A DNA stretch of 64,000 nucleotides from NCBI GenBank assembly GCA_965235115.1, contig OZ249440.1:18042001-18106000 (forward strand). Direction: 5' to 3'. Shown here one piece after another: positions 63,103 through 64,000 of this stretch; position 1 is the stretch's first letter; each line of letters starts with the position of its first letter. A program made the position numbers and the translations under genes. The notes beneath the pieces were generated by a model. It was not told the origin of the DNA. It saw nothing but the letters and a program-made list of their open reading frames with translations, and did no database searches. This stretch comes from Laetmonice hystrix. Lineage: Eukaryota.

Positions 63103-63751
63103 ATCTCAGGTCTCTCAATGTCACACTATCTAGTGGAACCTTTCTATGTGTATGTCCACAGACAGGTCTATCCTGCTGGCCCTGCATGCTGCCATAATAA
63201 CGGCAAGAGTTATAAAGTAGTGTACACGCTGATGTAAGACGCCGAGATCACCTCCTGATATCTCAGGTCTCTCAATGTCCCACTATCTAGTGGAACCTTT
63301 CTATGCCATGGTGTATGTCCACAGACAGGTCTATATCCTGCTGGTCCTGCATGCTGCCATAATAACGGCAAGAGTTATAAAGTAGTGTACACGGTGATGT
63401 AAGACGCCGAGATCGCCTCCTGATATCTCAGGTCTCTCAATGTCACACTATCTAGTGGAACCTTTCTATGTGTATGTCCACAGACAGGTCTATATCCTGC
63501 TGGCCCTGTATGCCGCCATAATAACGGCAAGAGTTATAAAGTAGTGTACACAGTGGTGTAAGACGTTGGGATCGCCTCCTGATATCTCAGGTCTCTCAAT
63601 GTCACCCTATCTAGTGGAACCTTTCTATGCCATGGTATATGTCCACAGACAGGTCTATATCCTGCTGGCCCTGTATGCTGTCATAATAACGGCAAGAGTT
63701 ATAAAGTAGTGTACAGGGTGGTGTAAGACGCCGAGATCGCCTCCTGATATC
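63103..63751. repeat. ~157-165-bp tandem repeat x4 with alternating short/long units
   Basis: ATCTCAGGTCTCTCAATGTC starts at 63103, 63260, 63425 and 63584. Units 2 and 4 carry an extra CCATGGT-containing insert that units 1 and 3 lack. Confidence 0.95.
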
Positions 63752-64000
63752 CGACTTGTTGAAGCTGGTAAAAGGGTAAGTCGATACGAGTTGTTTCTAC
63801 CATAATAACGATATCTGAGAATTGTTTACAAACACTAGCTCTTTTATCCTAGCCCTTCGTCCGGGCATCACCGATGTCCAGCTAATTGGTAGCTTGCATT
63901 ATTTAATCTCAATTTGGGCTGTCTTTATATCTGATGGCGAGATAATCTGGTTCATTAGCACAAACCCTCCAGGAGGTCGATGATTTAATTTATAGACCTG

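Overview
Eukaryotic (most likely invertebrate animal; inference) genomic DNA, mostly non-coding and rich in minisatellites. The main feature is a ~6-kb, apparently young, 5'-truncated non-LTR retrotransposon of the CR1 group (CR1/L2/Crack/Daphne-like) on the + strand (~19200-25161) with an unusual layout: the 3' part of an ORF1-like frame ending in a NADAR (YbiA/DUF1768-like) domain; a separate SGNH/GDSL esterase ORF with intact S-D-H motifs; a 1.36-kb spacer largely filled by a ~255-bp tandem repeat carrying nine copies of a near-palindromic 12-mer; an APE-RT ORF2 broken only by one apparent 1-nt insertion; and a 3' UTR with a hairpin, AATAAA and a 25-nt poly(A). On the - strand there is one large, well-supported first coding exon (35970-36851) of an unidentified host gene encoding a disordered region with repeated YENSPR/SPR, PPPY and YEDL motifs. 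The rest holds two TA-type MITEs, an AT-rich palindrome and at least eight tandem arrays (units of 26, 30, 45, 56, 76, 82, 92 and ~160 bp), several with higher-order structure. No rRNA, tRNA or CRISPR array is supported. Most ORFs in the supplied track are chance ORFs or by-products of tandem repeats.
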